A DNA stretch of 42,116 nt from a virus (Duplodnaviria > Caudoviricetes). The stretch's first letter is position 1. The number at the start of each line of letters is the position of its first letter. This document shows, in pieces, positions 26,185 through 37,377 of this stretch. The DNA is taken from IMG/VR virus record IMGVR_UViG_3300030397_000728, positions 1-42,116 of that record. The stretch is one strand, 5' to 3'. The notes beneath the pieces are model-generated. The model was given only the letters and a program-made list of their open reading frames with translations. It was not told the origin of the DNA and did not search any database. A program made the position numbers and the translations under genes.

Positions 26185-26937
26185 ATGGGGAATTTTTTCA
26201 CCAGTACAAATTATGAGATTGAATATAACTCTTGCTCTAATACTGTACTGTATAAAGGATTAGCACAAAAGAATTTCAAACCACCTAATGTTCCAACTTA
26301 TATTGACAATAAAGGTGTTGTTCAAGAAAACCCATTTTCTCAAAAATATGCCGATGCATTAGTTGTATATCAAAAAACAATTGAATTAGCAATGGTTGAC
26401 GTTGTATTAACTAATTGTATCAAATTTAATCCTGCATGGAAAAAATCAGAAGATTGGGCTAATTGCTGTCATATAATGCAAACTCAAAGTGTTTTAAGCA
26501 ATAATAATCTTGAATTATCTTTCTTAAAATATTATGTGTTACCTGATACACAGGACCATTCCATGTTAGCTCAAGAAGCCTTTTTGACAGAGACTAGGGT
26601 GTATGATATTTTTGGTACAGTTCACATCAATAGAGAAGGTGTAGATATTCACAAAGCTTATCTGAAGAATACTATAGATACAGGTATTGAAGTACAACCT
26701 TTATTTGTTGGTATTCATCAATTAGTTAACCCATTAGATGAATTCAATGCTTGTATTGCAGGTAATATGAGTTGGAGTAAATGGTACAATTGTGAATATA
26801 ACCTTGATGAAAAAGCCTCTGTAGTTGCTTTAAGTAGGCTCAATCGTATTAGAGAAATACACTCTGATGATGCGATTCAAATAGAATCAGAACGAAAAAG
26901 TAAACGTAATAATACTAATCCCAATAATGGGATATAA
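26185..26937 (+). CDS. Tail assembly chaperone-like protein
   Basis: Position after tube genes; W..W..Y.LDEKA.VVA pattern. Confidence 0.45.
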   Translation: MGNFFTSTNYEIEYNSCSNTVLYKGLAQKNFKPPNVPTYIDNKGVVQENPFSQKYADALVVYQKTIELAMVDVVLTNCIKFNPAWKKSEDWANCCHIMQTQSVLSNNNLELSFLKYYVLPDTQDHSMLAQEAFLTETRVYDIFGTVHINREGVDIHKAYLKNTIDTGIEVQPLFVGIHQLVNPLDEFNACIAGNMSWSKWYNCEYNLDEKASVVALSRLNRIREIHSDDAIQIESERKSKRNNTNPNNGI

Positions 26938-26949
26938 AAGGAGCAAAAG

Positions 26950-27492
26950 ATGCAACAAGTAACTCCCGTTAATTCACACGTTCAAGTTACACCAACCACA
27001 GTTTTACCAACTAGTAACGTGCAACCTACATTACCAAATAATGTTCAAGAAGTTCCTGTACCAGAACCGAATTTCGTGGACCCTAATATTGTAACATTAA
27101 GTACAGGATTCACAGTAAAATTCAATGTTTTGCCTAAACCAATTTCTGATGAATTTGTAACTACTATTTTTAATGCAACAGAACTTGATGAAGACAATAA
27201 CATTCGTATTGATAGTAATGATAAGAATGAACAAATTAGGGTTGCAACGAAGTTTATGACTCTGAACACTTCAATTATTGGTGCAGGCGGAGTTAAGTTG
27301 CTTGATGAGTTACCACCTGAAGAGCAATGGTTAGACCAAGTAATTTACGCTCCAACCATTATGGAAAAGTATCCGCATATTAACACGTCTAAATTGAGAC
27401 AAAGAGATAAAGAATTTTTATTTCTACGATACTTTGCATTTGCTGATGAAGATTTAGCATTGTTATCAGAAAAGTGCTTGAATCAAGGATAA
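26950..27492 (+). CDS. Tail assembly chaperone-like/hypothetical protein
   Basis: Position; TLSTGFTVKF start after Pro/Thr-rich leader. Confidence 0.45.
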   Translation: MQQVTPVNSHVQVTPTTVLPTSNVQPTLPNNVQEVPVPEPNFVDPNIVTLSTGFTVKFNVLPKPISDEFVTTIFNATELDEDNNIRIDSNDKNEQIRVATKFMTLNTSIIGAGGVKLLDELPPEEQWLDQVIYAPTIMEKYPHINTSKLRQRDKEFLFLRYFAFADEDLALLSEKCLNQG

Positions 27493-27515
27493 CTACGACA
27501 ACTAATTAGTATTTT

Positions 27516-27555
27516 ATATGAGGAAGGGGACAAATCCCTTTCCTCATATTTTTTC
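27516..27555 (+). terminator. Terminator
   Basis: ATATGAGGAAGGGGA-CAAA-TCCCTTTCCTCATAT-TTTTT. Confidence 0.8.
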
Positions 27556-27575
27556 TAAATAAATGGAGAATAATT

Positions 27576-28166
27576 ATGGCAGGTGAAAATTTTTCACTTA
27601 GAGAAAGTCAATTAGTACCAATATCATTAATTGCGGACCCTAATGGTTTATTAAATGGTGGCGGAGGTGGTGGAGGCGGTACAGAACAGTTAGTTAGAGA
27701 TTATTACAGAGCAATTAATTCTGGACTTGGGTATTCAGAAGGTGATATTTTAACTAGCTTAATGAGGTATACGATTGCAACAACTGCTCACCTTGCAACT
27801 CGATGGTTTAATTTAACAACTCAGTTATTCATTAATACTCCACTTACTATTGATATTATTCCATTAGATTCTTTCAGATTACCACTTACTTCTGAAACTA
27901 TAACTGTATCTAATGTTGCAATAGGATTAACCACAATACCTGCATTAGCTAATAGAGCAGAAATTCAATTACATGACGCTAATATTGTATTTACATATGA
28001 TGGTGTAACTGTACCAAGTGCTAGTCCAGATATTGGTATAACTGTACAACAAGGCAATCTAATAATCTTACAATCGAGGGCTGAAGTATTAAATTTTAAT
28101 ACAATCAGACAAACAGCTTCAGATGCTCGTATTTACGTACAGTATCTTCAATCATATTGTGGATAA
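27576..28166 (+). CDS. Putative virion decoration/structural protein
   Basis: Poly-Gly linker, beta-rich C-terminal domain, late-gene context. Confidence 0.5.
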   Translation: MAGENFSLRESQLVPISLIADPNGLLNGGGGGGGGTEQLVRDYYRAINSGLGYSEGDILTSLMRYTIATTAHLATRWFNLTTQLFINTPLTIDIIPLDSFRLPLTSETITVSNVAIGLTTIPALANRAEIQLHDANIVFTYDGVTVPSASPDIGITVQQGNLIILQSRAEVLNFNTIRQTASDARIYVQYLQSYCG

Positions 28167-28278
28167 AAATAATGGAAATATCAAACATAACTGATTTTAC
28201 TAAAATTACAGTTGGTACGAAATTAAAAGATTATGCTAATTTATTTGACTGGAAGGAATTAAGATAAGGAGTTTTATT

Positions 28279-28743
28279 ATGTCACAATGTTGTCAATGTG
28301 CAATTATTGTACCCACAGGTTCTTCAGGTGGTGGTGGAGATATTAGTAATGCACCTGTAGCAGCTATTAATGGATTAAATGAAAACGTTAATCCTTTTTC
28401 AACTTTAACATATTCTCAGTTTGATACAACTGATAGGACTAATCAAAGTTGGTTAACACCAGGAGCTACTAATTTAATCATTACAGAAGAAGGTGATTAT
28501 ATTGTTGAATTTTCAATTGTAGATTCTATTGGTACAAAAGATTTTACAGTTAAACCTAGTAGAGCTATTGGGCCTACTACAATTCAATCGCTTAGAGGTA
28601 ATGGTTCGTGGACTGGAACTTTAAGAGTTAATTGGACTAATACAGATGTTACTAATGGTGACTCAATAGTATTTGTTGTAACCAATAACTTGGCTTCAAT
28701 TCAGTCCTTAGTCATTAATTGTAATATTACTAAAATAGCATAA
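28279..28743 (+). CDS. Putative virion structural protein (beta-sandwich)
   Basis: AAGGAG RBS; CCxC N-terminus, Gly linker, ITEEGDYIV. Confidence 0.55.
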   Translation: MSQCCQCAIIVPTGSSGGGGDISNAPVAAINGLNENVNPFSTLTYSQFDTTDRTNQSWLTPGATNLIITEEGDYIVEFSIVDSIGTKDFTVKPSRAIGPTTIQSLRGNGSWTGTLRVNWTNTDVTNGDSIVFVVTNNLASIQSLVINCNITKIA

Positions 28744-28761
28744 ATTAATTTTAGTAAAGAC

Positions 28762-28800
28762 ACAAAGCTCACAATCAGTTAGGTTGTGAGCTTTGTTTAT
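28762..28800 (+). terminator. Terminator
   Basis: ACAAAGCTCACAATC-AGTTA-GGTTGTGAGCTTTGT-TT. Confidence 0.8.
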
Positions 28801-28820
28801 AGTCGAAATTTGGAGTAGTC

Positions 28821-29354
28821 ATGTCTAATCAAAGTCTTTTTAAGCCTATGCAATTTCGTTATCAAGACATACCTTTAAGAATGCAACGTAGGCAAGAACG
28901 TATAGCCAATTCTGTTTATAAACCTAGATTTGAGGATTTGGTAAGTAAATTTGAATCTAAAATAGAATTTGGTGTAGAAAGTGATAATAAATCAGGAATG
29001 GTTGAAACATTAATTGGGCCATTACCCAAACCAACCGGAGTACCAAATGCTGCTGGTAAATCTGTATTAGGTAGCGATGTATACAAATGGTTAGATGATG
29101 GTATTCGTGCAGGTGGGCCATCTTTAATATTTCCATCAAATTGGGCTAATGTGACTTCACCAAATTCACTAGCAACTACTCGTAGAGATTTTAACAGAGC
29201 GCAAATTGTAATTAACAGAGACGCTCAAGATAGGTTCCCTGGTACTAGTCCTCGTAATTTTAGTGAACTTGTTGAGCAAGAATTAAGGACAACTTATATA
29301 CAGCGTATGGAAGCAGAGTTACGTAAAGCTGTAAGACAATCTGGGAGAGTATAA
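28821..29354 (+). CDS. Putative neck/tail completion protein
   Basis: YKWLDDG and PGT.PRNF pattern reminiscent of HK97 gp10-like proteins; coupled to tape measure. Confidence 0.45.
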   Translation: MSNQSLFKPMQFRYQDIPLRMQRRQERIANSVYKPRFEDLVSKFESKIEFGVESDNKSGMVETLIGPLPKPTGVPNAAGKSVLGSDVYKWLDDGIRAGGPSLIFPSNWANVTSPNSLATTRRDFNRAQIVINRDAQDRFPGTSPRNFSELVEQELRTTYIQRMEAELRKAVRQSGRV

Positions 29355-32300
29355 TGGCATTAATAGAATCAGGAATTAAGTTACAAATGCAGGGTTCATC
29401 CGAATTCTTATCGGAAGGTAAGAAGGTTGATGAACTGTTAAATAAAATGGCAGCATCTGCAATGAATACCGTAGATGCTCTTAATAAGTTGCCATCTGCA
29501 CTTAAAAATATTAGAATACCAAAATCTATCAATAATATTGATGTTTCTGGTATTGATGCTTTAATCAAATCTGTTAATAGATTAGATAAAGAGATAGATA
29601 CAACTGGGTTAACAGGAATTGCTAATGATGTTAAAGTAGCAATAGCACCTGTAACCGGATTAGCTAATGCTATTAATCGTTTAACTAAAAATCAAAACGC
29701 CATTAATTCTCTTGGCGATAATCTTAATAAAATTATTGATTCATTTCGTAATGTAGATATATCTGGCATACAAAAAATTGTTGACTCTCTATTTCAATTA
29801 ACTTCTGCTGCTAAAGAAATCAACAAGGCAATGGTAATTGTCAATAGAAGAACACTTGAATTAGGGAAAGATGCAGGTATAGCAGGTATACGTTTTGGTG
29901 AATTTGCACAAGGATTACGTAATAGTACAAGTGGACTTAATAAATGGACTTTACAAGTTCGCTCATCAATTAGAGTTATACAAAGATTAATTGATATTGT
30001 TCGTGCGTCTGCAAGAATTATTATTACATTAAGAACCACTATATTTACGGTTAGTAAGGCATTTCAAATATTAAGAGATGTTGGTACGTCATCTTTCAAA
30101 GGATTAGGGAGTGCTATTAAACTTGTACTTAATCCTCTCGAAACATTACGAAGATTAATTAGAGCAATTCTTAATCCATTAGAAACACTTAGTAAAATCC
30201 TTAGTGGATTAAATAACATTCTCAACATTTTTGCTTCTCGTTCAAGAGTAGGCGTTGGTGGTTTAAGAAAGTATTCTAGGGCTGCAATAATAGCTGCTAA
30301 AAATACTAAAATACTAAGTACAAGTCTTAATACTCTCAGTAATGCAGTTAATCTTAATATATTATTTCAACAGATTACTGGTGCTATCACTCGTTTTGTA
30401 TCTATTGGTTTTGATGCGGCTGCTCAATTTGAGCAACTTACACTTAGTATTCAAAATCTTACAGCAAGAGAGTTATTTGATACTGGACAATTTGATACAT
30501 TAAAAGATGCCTTTAATAGTGCAGAAGAGCCAGCACAAGAGTTACTTAAAACCATTAGAACCATTGCTATCTTATCACCATTTAACGCTAATGATATTGC
30601 TCAAACATTCAAATTAGCACAGGTATATGGTTTTACAAGAGATAATGCTTTAGCTGTTACACAAGCTATCACAGACTTTACTGCCGCTACAGGACAATCA
30701 GGTGAAGTTGGTGAAGGTATTATTCGTGCATTGGGACAAATAAGTGCAAATACTAAAGTTGCTAAAGAAGAATTAAATCAGTTAGCAGAACGTGGATTAA
30801 ACGCTACTGCAATTTTAGCTAAAGAATTTGGCATTACTGTTAAAGAAGTTTTAGATTTAACAAGTAGAGGTTTGATTCCTGCTGATAGAGCAATTAATGC
30901 TATTGTTAAAACATTACAACGAGATTTTGGTGGTGCAGCTAAAAATGCTACTAAAACTTTAGCAGGGCTACGTTCTACATTACAAGACTTAGGAACCAAT
31001 GCTTTACGTGAACTAACCACGGGTGCATTTGAAGCCATTGGTGAAGTTGTTTCGCAATTCACTACAGTAGAAAATATATTTGGACTATTAGATAATGTAC
31101 GTGCTATTGGTGAGCGTTTTGGAAAACAAATTGCACAGGCATTACAACAAGTGTTAAATGTTGGTAAAATTCTAATTGAAATTTGGAAAGCATTACCACA
31201 ACCAATACAAAATGGTTTAGCTACATTAGGACAAATAGCAGTAACAGTTGGTGTAGTTACAATTGCTGTTGGTGGATTATCTGCTGCATTTACTGCATTA
31301 GGTTTTTTGTTTTCTACATTTGTAGGTACGAGTGGACTGTTAATTGCAAGTATAACAGCTTTAGTTTCTGTATTTACATCATCAACTACTGCTGCAACAC
31401 AAACCACAAATGCAATAACGCAACTTAAAGATGCTGTTGCTTTTCTTATACTTGATTTAGATAACGCTATAGAAGTATTCAATGATATTTTTGCAGCAGC
31501 TTCTCAAGAAGGCATTAATATTGCTGAGTTATCAGAATTACCAGACTTACTCAAAAATATAGCTTCTGCTGGTGCAAATGTAGTTATTTTGTTCAACGAA
31601 ATAATTGACGCAATAGTGTTAGCAGAAACACCATTCCAGGCACTTAATAATTTACTTGGATTATTGCCTGAAAAATTTGCAATGGTTGGACAAAGTATAT
31701 TAAATGCAACAAGTTTTATCGATGCGTTTAGAATTATTGTAAGTACTTTACCACAAACATTACAGAATATTATTAACTCTGTAATAGATTTTGCTTCACA
31801 ATTTACAGGAACTTTTACTAGCGTACAGAATTTCATTAAAGATGGTGTACAAAACATTATTGATTTTTTGTCTTCTGCGTTTGGTGCTTTTGTAGATTGG
31901 GGCGCTAATATCATTGTACAATTAGCAAATGGTATTCGTAGTGCAGTAGGGTTAGTTATTGATGCAATTAATTTTATTGGTAGTGTAATCACAGATTTGT
32001 TAGCTCCTGGCTCGCCGCCTAAAATTCTCCCTGATTTACCTGATTGGGGTAAGAATGTTGCTGACCAGTTTCTTAGTGGTTTATCTCTCGGTGATTTTAG
32101 TTTAATTGATAATTTCGGAAATACAGTTTCTGATATTTTTAGTCAAATTGGTGTTGACGAAATTAATCTTCAAGGCGTATCTCAAGCATTTGCCGAAGGC
32201 TTAAATCAACTTGGCGATACAGGTAATGTTGATATTAGTATATTAGAAGAAATCTCTAATTTATCTGGTGTTGCTTCAGCAGAAGTTGAAGCTTTAGCTA

Positions 32301-35300
32301 CTGAATATTTCAAATTAGCTGAAGCACAAGATAGACTAAATAGTCTTACTGAAGATTATGATAATCAACTTCGAGATGTTAGTGATTCTTTGAAAGAAAT
32401 AGAAAATACTCAAGCGTTTGAAGATGAACAAAAACAACTTGATGAGATTAATCGTAGACTTAATAATCGCTTCTTATCTGAAGAACAACGTATTGCTTTA
32501 GAAAGAAAAAGAGATAAAATTCTTGCAACACAACAAGCTCGTGAAATTCAAGCCAAAAAAGAATTAGCACAACGAGATGTTAAAGATGCTGAAGACAATA
32601 TTAAACGTACTGAAGAACGTGTCAAATTAGCAGAACAGTTTATAAAAGAAGAAGAAAAACTAGCCAGTAATGCTGATAGTGAAAGAGCAAAACGAGAGCG
32701 TAAAGAAAGAAAAAAGAAGAAAAAAGAAATTAATGCATTAAATGAATTGGCCGAAAGATTGTTTGGTGATGGGCCTACAGGCATTGATTTAGCCTTTGAT
32801 GCATCAAGTCTTAATAATGCGAAAGAACAAGCTAACGAAGCTGTTGAGGGAATTAAAAATCGTTTTCAAAATTTCTTTGACACTATTAGTGAAAGATTTA
32901 AGAAAATTTCAGACTTCTTTAGTATTGAAGGAATTAAAGGTAAAATTGATGCTCTTAAACTGAAATTTGGAGAATTACAGACATCTGTATCTGAAGCTTT
33001 CTTTGTTGGACGCTCAACTGAGTTATCTAGTGCAATAGAAAAATTAGATTTTACTTCAATAACCAGTTCATTAGAAAGTGTTTCTATGTTAATCGGTAGT
33101 ATTAGTAGATTAATACAAACCGAGTTTAACTTTGGTAAATTACTAACTTTTGATACAGCTATTGATATTTCAGATTTTTCTACATTAGAAGATACACTTC
33201 GTAGTATTTCAAGAATTGCTGGTTCTGTAACTGAAAGCTTAAAAGGCATTTTTACATTTGAATCTGATGAAGATAATGCTATTGCAGGATTTGTATCAAA
33301 TATTCAAAGTATAGACTTTTCAGTTATTGGACAAACATTAGAAACATCTGTTCTTCCAGTTATAAAAGATATAGCAACTGGTATAGGTGATTTGTTTACT
33401 AATTTAGCAAATACTGAAAATTTGGATTCGCTTAAGACATTAGCAGGAGTTTTAGGAGATATAGCTTTAGTAATATTCTCTATAATTGTAGGTATAGGTA
33501 AAATAACAGCAGCTATCGGTGGGCCTCTTGGTAATGCTATAACTTTAGTTTTTGGTACAGCGGTTACAATTTTAGCTGGTATACGAGATACAATTGTTAA
33601 TGTTGCTAAAATTATAGGTGGTATTTTTACCTTAAATCTTGATTTAATTACTCAAGGTTTCTTGGGGTTAGGTTCAACATTATTTTCAGTAGCTTTATCA
33701 ATACAACAAACGTTCTCTGGAATTAATACAGCAATCGGTGATGCTTTCAGTAATCTTTTTGTATTAATCGCAGAATTCCTGGGATTTGATGTATCAGAAT
33801 TTAGTGGTAAAATTTCAGAAACACTTGGAGATTTAGTTTCGAGTTTAGCTGGCGTATTCTTAATTCTAAAGAATTTTGTTAGTCAATTTTCAGGCCCATT
33901 TGCAAAAGTTACTGATACAGTTAAATCTTTTGGTACTGCAATTTCTACAGCATTTGCAAATCTTGTAAGTAGAAGTCCATTCTTACAAAAATTGGTTAAA
34001 ATATTTACCTTAGTTGGTGAAAAGGTAACTATGTTGGTTACTAAGTTACAACCGCTAACCAAAGCATTTGCTAAAGTATTTACAACGATTGGTAAATTAA
34101 TACCATTTACAGGTGCTTTAAGTAAAGGTTTCAGTTTTTTCTTAGGACCAGCGGGAGCAGTAATTACAATTCTCGGACTTCTTTCAACATTATGGTTTAA
34201 TAATATTGCAGGAATAGGAGATTTTGTAACTAGAATTGGTGAACTTGCTAGTGAATTAGAATTTTCATTCTCTGGTATAACCACATTTGTTGGTGGTGTA
34301 TTAACCGAAGTAAGTACTTTAATTGGTAACTTGTTTAGCAATCTATTAAATATTTCGTTTGATGATATTTTTAATTTCTTCACTGACGAAGGTGCTTTTG
34401 ATAGATTGTTAGTCCTTGGTACAACCATTATTGGATTAATTCCTTTATTTGGTAGTTTTAGTGGTGTAATTGCATCTGTTGGTGCAGCAATACCATTATT
34501 GTTAAATCCAATAGGTTTATTAATTGGTGCAATTGGTTTACTAACCGTCGCATGGACTCAAAACTGGTTTGGTATCCAAGAGATAACTGAAACAGCTATC
34601 ACAGCTATATCAGATTTCTTAAGTTCATTCTCATTTGGACAAGCATTACTTGATATAGGTACTAATTTAACCACCGGAGTAATTGATATATTTGTTGGTT
34701 TGAAAGATGCAATTGTAGGTATCTTTACTGGTGACTTTGAAGCAGTTAAAGAAGGACTACAAACAGCATTAGACGGACTAACCACTATATTTACTACATG
34801 GTTTACTTTAATACCAACATTAGCTTTAGGATTCACAAATGATATACTGTCATTTCTTGGTTTTGAAGAAATATCATTCTCAGATATTCTTCCAGAATGG
34901 TTAGTTAATTTCTCAATATCAGATTTAACTGCTCTTTTACCTGAAGCATGGACTAACCTATCTTTTTCAGATTTGTTACCAGATGCTTTGAAACTAGGTA
35001 GTACAATAGCACAAAATCCAGTAGCATTTGCTGATTTTGCTCTTGAAAGATTCTTACCTGATTCATTGAAGAATTTCTCTGTTAAATCTGTCGCTGAAGC
35101 TTTACCACAAGAATTTAGAGATTTTTCTCTTGATAAACTATTAGATGAAACTCAAATTGGAGATTCAACTCTTGGTGAAAAAATTGGTGAGATTCTCGAC
35201 TTCAATATTCCTGGTACAGGTGCAACAGCAGCAGATGCTTTCAATGTAATTGTAGAAGGTATTGATAAAGTTAAAGATGCGTTTGTTTTTACTTTAGACA

Positions 35301-37282
35301 ATCCATTTGAAGCATTGGAAAAAGTGTTGGTAGCTATTTCTGATACTCTGAGTAAAATAGCAGATGTATATAAAGCAATATCGGATAGTTTTGCCACTGA
35401 ATTACCTAACCCAATTGCTGAAGCACTTTCATTAGCCACTGAAGGAATAGCTGCTTCATTAGAAACAATTTCAAGATTAATTGAAACAGTTAGGGCAGCT
35501 TTTGCAGGTGAATTGGCGGACCCTTTCAAAGCTATAACATTTTCTCTTAAACCTATTACTGAGTTCTTTGATACTGTACAAGAGAAATTGCAAAATTTGA
35601 AATCTGCATTTAGTACTTTTGAATTACCGGAAATACCTAATCCGTTCTCAGGAATATCTCAAGGTTTTACTAGTTTAACTGATTCTATTGGATTAACTGA
35701 TAGTGAAGCAGAAATTGATATTTCACCTAAAGTTAATGTAGATGAAACTAGTTTATCGGATAGTGGTAAAAAGATTGCTAGTGATTTAATCGAAGCTTTT
35801 GACAATCAAATTGTCAGTGATAGTATTGATATTAGAGGATTTTCTGATAATATTGAAAGAGCAGTTGCAGCAGTAGATACAACTCAAATCTCAGTATTAG
35901 CCCAAGAGACAGGGCTTGAATTGAGTGAAGGTGTATTAACAGGGTTACAAAGTGGTGAAATAACACCTGAAGTTGCAACGTTTATGACTGCTTTGGTTGA
36001 CGCAATTAAAACAGAAGGACAAATCAGTTCTCCTTCACAACTAACCTTTGATGAAGCTGGTATACCATTAGGTGAAGGTATTATAGATGGTATTATAGAT
36101 GCTCTAATGGTTGGTTCTGAGCGTATTAAAACTGCATTACAAACTCTATTTACTGGATTAACTTCTGCAAGTGATGATAATTTCATAGGAACATTCTTAA
36201 ATGTCGAGGAACAAGTTATGGCATTTACAGAATTCCGTGAGTTAGCTTCTGTTGAATTAAGTGATATGGTTAAGGCTTCACTTGACACATTGCAAGAATT
36301 CAATGAAGAAGCAATGGAAATCATCGAAGAATTTGTTGAAGATGCCATAGAAAGTTTTGAAGAACTAATAGATTTTATTTTAGGTGATTTTGTTGATGCC
36401 TTGAATGAATTACTAAAAGTCCTTGAAGACATGGTTAATCGTGGTAAGGCTGCAATCAAAGATTTTGTTGAAGGTGCTGAAGATGAACTTGAAAAGCTAA
36501 TTGATGTATTTGAACGAATTGGTGGACAAGCTGTTGAAGGTTTAATTGATGCGTTAGATTCTCTTGGTTCAAAAGCTGTGCAAGAAATCAATACTCAAAT
36601 TGATGAGATTATCAATACCTTTCAAGCCGATGCTGTTAATCCAGTCGGAGCGCCATTCTTTGTCTTGGGTGATAATCTTGGTACTCAACTTGCAGCAGGT
36701 ATTATTGCAGGTATTGAGGGTTCAGCATTTGGTATTACAAACGCTATCGTTAACGAAATAAAGAAAGCAATTAATGATGCTCAAACAAGATTAGGAATTG
36801 CTTCACCATCTAAATTTTCTAAGGTAGAGCTTGGTGTTCCTGTTGGACAAGGTGTTCCAAGTGGTGTCAGTGAAACAGGCCCACAAATGACACAAAGTTT
36901 AATAGATACAATAACATCATCTCTAACAAAAGCTAGAAAACCTGTTATGCAAAATATGACTGCGTTTAAGAATGCGATTAATTCTGAAATTGCTGGTATA
37001 AATGCTGGTACAATAAATATTCCAAACATACAACCAACATTTAACGTTGATTCCATTAGACAACCTATTAATAGTCAGCAAGTAAGAGCATTACAAAGTA
37101 ATTTGCCTGATAGACAGTCTGCATTATCTAGTACTCAAGTTAGTAACATGAATACTTCTAATGTTTCAAATAGCACTGCTACAACGAATAACTTTAGTAT
37201 GACTGTAAATACTGACAATAATGGTGCAGGTAAAGTAAGACGTAATTTCAGAAGAATGAAAATGCGTACAGCCATTCGATAA
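29354..37282 (+). CDS. Tail tape measure protein (2642 aa)
   Basis: SPF...ALGQI..K...EELNQLAERG tape-measure domain, amphipathic repeats, TM stretches, I.SPS motifs. Confidence 0.95.
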   Translation: MALIESGIKLQMQGSSEFLSEGKKVDELLNKMAASAMNTVDALNKLPSALKNIRIPKSINNIDVSGIDALIKSVNRLDKEIDTTGLTGIANDVKVAIAPVTGLANAINRLTKNQNAINSLGDNLNKIIDSFRNVDISGIQKIVDSLFQLTSAAKEINKAMVIVNRRTLELGKDAGIAGIRFGEFAQGLRNSTSGLNKWTLQVRSSIRVIQRLIDIVRASARIIITLRTTIFTVSKAFQILRDVGTSSFKGLGSAIKLVLNPLETLRRLIRAILNPLETLSKILSGLNNILNIFASRSRVGVGGLRKYSRAAIIAAKNTKILSTSLNTLSNAVNLNILFQQITGAITRFVSIGFDAAAQFEQLTLSIQNLTARELFDTGQFDTLKDAFNSAEEPAQELLKTIRTIAILSPFNANDIAQTFKLAQVYGFTRDNALAVTQAITDFTAATGQSGEVGEGIIRALGQISANTKVAKEELNQLAERGLNATAILAKEFGITVKEVLDLTSRGLIPADRAINAIVKTLQRDFGGAAKNATKTLAGLRSTLQDLGTNALRELTTGAFEAIGEVVSQFTTVENIFGLLDNVRAIGERFGKQIAQALQQVLNVGKILIEIWKALPQPIQNGLATLGQIAVTVGVVTIAVGGLSAAFTALGFLFSTFVGTSGLLIASITALVSVFTSSTTAATQTTNAITQLKDAVAFLILDLDNAIEVFNDIFAAASQEGINIAELSELPDLLKNIASAGANVVILFNEIIDAIVLAETPFQALNNLLGLLPEKFAMVGQSILNATSFIDAFRIIVSTLPQTLQNIINSVIDFASQFTGTFTSVQNFIKDGVQNIIDFLSSAFGAFVDWGANIIVQLANGIRSAVGLVIDAINFIGSVITDLLAPGSPPKILPDLPDWGKNVADQFLSGLSLGDFSLIDNFGNTVSDIFSQIGVDEINLQGVSQAFAEGLNQLGDTGNVDISILEEISNLSGVASAEVEALATEYFKLAEAQDRLNSLTEDYDNQLRDVSDSLKEIENTQAFEDEQKQLDEINRRLNNRFLSEEQRIALERKRDKILATQQAREIQAKKELAQRDVKDAEDNIKRTEERVKLAEQFIKEEEKLASNADSERAKRERKERKKKKKEINALNELAERLFGDGPTGIDLAFDASSLNNAKEQANEAVEGIKNRFQNFFDTISERFKKISDFFSIEGIKGKIDALKLKFGELQTSVSEAFFVGRSTELSSAIEKLDFTSITSSLESVSMLIGSISRLIQTEFNFGKLLTFDTAIDISDFSTLEDTLRSISRIAGSVTESLKGIFTFESDEDNAIAGFVSNIQSIDFSVIGQTLETSVLPVIKDIATGIGDLFTNLANTENLDSLKTLAGVLGDIALVIFSIIVGIGKITAAIGGPLGNAITLVFGTAVTILAGIRDTIVNVAKIIGGIFTLNLDLITQGFLGLGSTLFSVALSIQQTFSGINTAIGDAFSNLFVLIAEFLGFDVSEFSGKISETLGDLVSSLAGVFLILKNFVSQFSGPFAKVTDTVKSFGTAISTAFANLVSRSPFLQKLVKIFTLVGEKVTMLVTKLQPLTKAFAKVFTTIGKLIPFTGALSKGFSFFLGPAGAVITILGLLSTLWFNNIAGIGDFVTRIGELASELEFSFSGITTFVGGVLTEVSTLIGNLFSNLLNISFDDIFNFFTDEGAFDRLLVLGTTIIGLIPLFGSFSGVIASVGAAIPLLLNPIGLLIGAIGLLTVAWTQNWFGIQEITETAITAISDFLSSFSFGQALLDIGTNLTTGVIDIFVGLKDAIVGIFTGDFEAVKEGLQTALDGLTTIFTTWFTLIPTLALGFTNDILSFLGFEEISFSDILPEWLVNFSISDLTALLPEAWTNLSFSDLLPDALKLGSTIAQNPVAFADFALERFLPDSLKNFSVKSVAEALPQEFRDFSLDKLLDETQIGDSTLGEKIGEILDFNIPGTGATAADAFNVIVEGIDKVKDAFVFTLDNPFEALEKVLVAISDTLSKIADVYKAISDSFATELPNPIAEALSLATEGIAASLETISRLIETVRAAFAGELADPFKAITFSLKPITEFFDTVQEKLQNLKSAFSTFELPEIPNPFSGISQGFTSLTDSIGLTDSEAEIDISPKVNVDETSLSDSGKKIASDLIEAFDNQIVSDSIDIRGFSDNIERAVAAVDTTQISVLAQETGLELSEGVLTGLQSGEITPEVATFMTALVDAIKTEGQISSPSQLTFDEAGIPLGEGIIDGIIDALMVGSERIKTALQTLFTGLTSASDDNFIGTFLNVEEQVMAFTEFRELASVELSDMVKASLDTLQEFNEEAMEIIEEFVEDAIESFEELIDFILGDFVDALNELLKVLEDMVNRGKAAIKDFVEGAEDELEKLIDVFERIGGQAVEGLIDALDSLGSKAVQEINTQIDEIINTFQADAVNPVGAPFFVLGDNLGTQLAAGIIAGIEGSAFGITNAIVNEIKKAINDAQTRLGIASPSKFSKVELGVPVGQGVPSGVSETGPQMTQSLIDTITSSLTKARKPVMQNMTAFKNAINSEIAGINAGTINIPNIQPTFNVDSIRQPINSQQVRALQSNLPDRQSALSSTQVSNMNTSNVSNSTATTNNFSMTVNTDNNGAGKVRRNFRRMKMRTAIR

Positions 37283-37291
37283 ATAAGTAAC

Positions 37292-37358
37292 ACCAATGAT
37301 AAAGTTTTGACCAGGGAGACTAAGTTTCCTACAATATAGTCAAAACTTTATCATTGGT
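37292..37358. repeat. Long inverted repeat (20-bp arms) after tape measure
   Basis: ACCAATGATAAAGTTTTGAC ... GTCAAAACTTTATCATTGGT with inner hairpin. Confidence 0.85.
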
Positions 37359-37377
37359 TAATTAAAAGAGAGGTAAA

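Noticed and set aside
26185-27492. Programmed frameshift between tail chaperones
   Set aside because: No clear slippery heptamer near either stop; second gene has its own AAGGAG RBS
28172-28267. 31-aa ORF MEISNITDFTK... filling an intergenic gap
   Set aside because: Weak RBS, short, no motif; cannot be supported
21367-29354. Contractile tail or eCIS interpretation
   Set aside because: No sheath or baseplate wedge genes recognised; terminase, capsid, long tape measure, Dit and hub indicate a siphovirus
29794-37056. Numerous minus-strand ORFs inside the tape measure and other structural genes
   Set aside because: Antisense shadows of codon bias; no RBS or recognisable motifs
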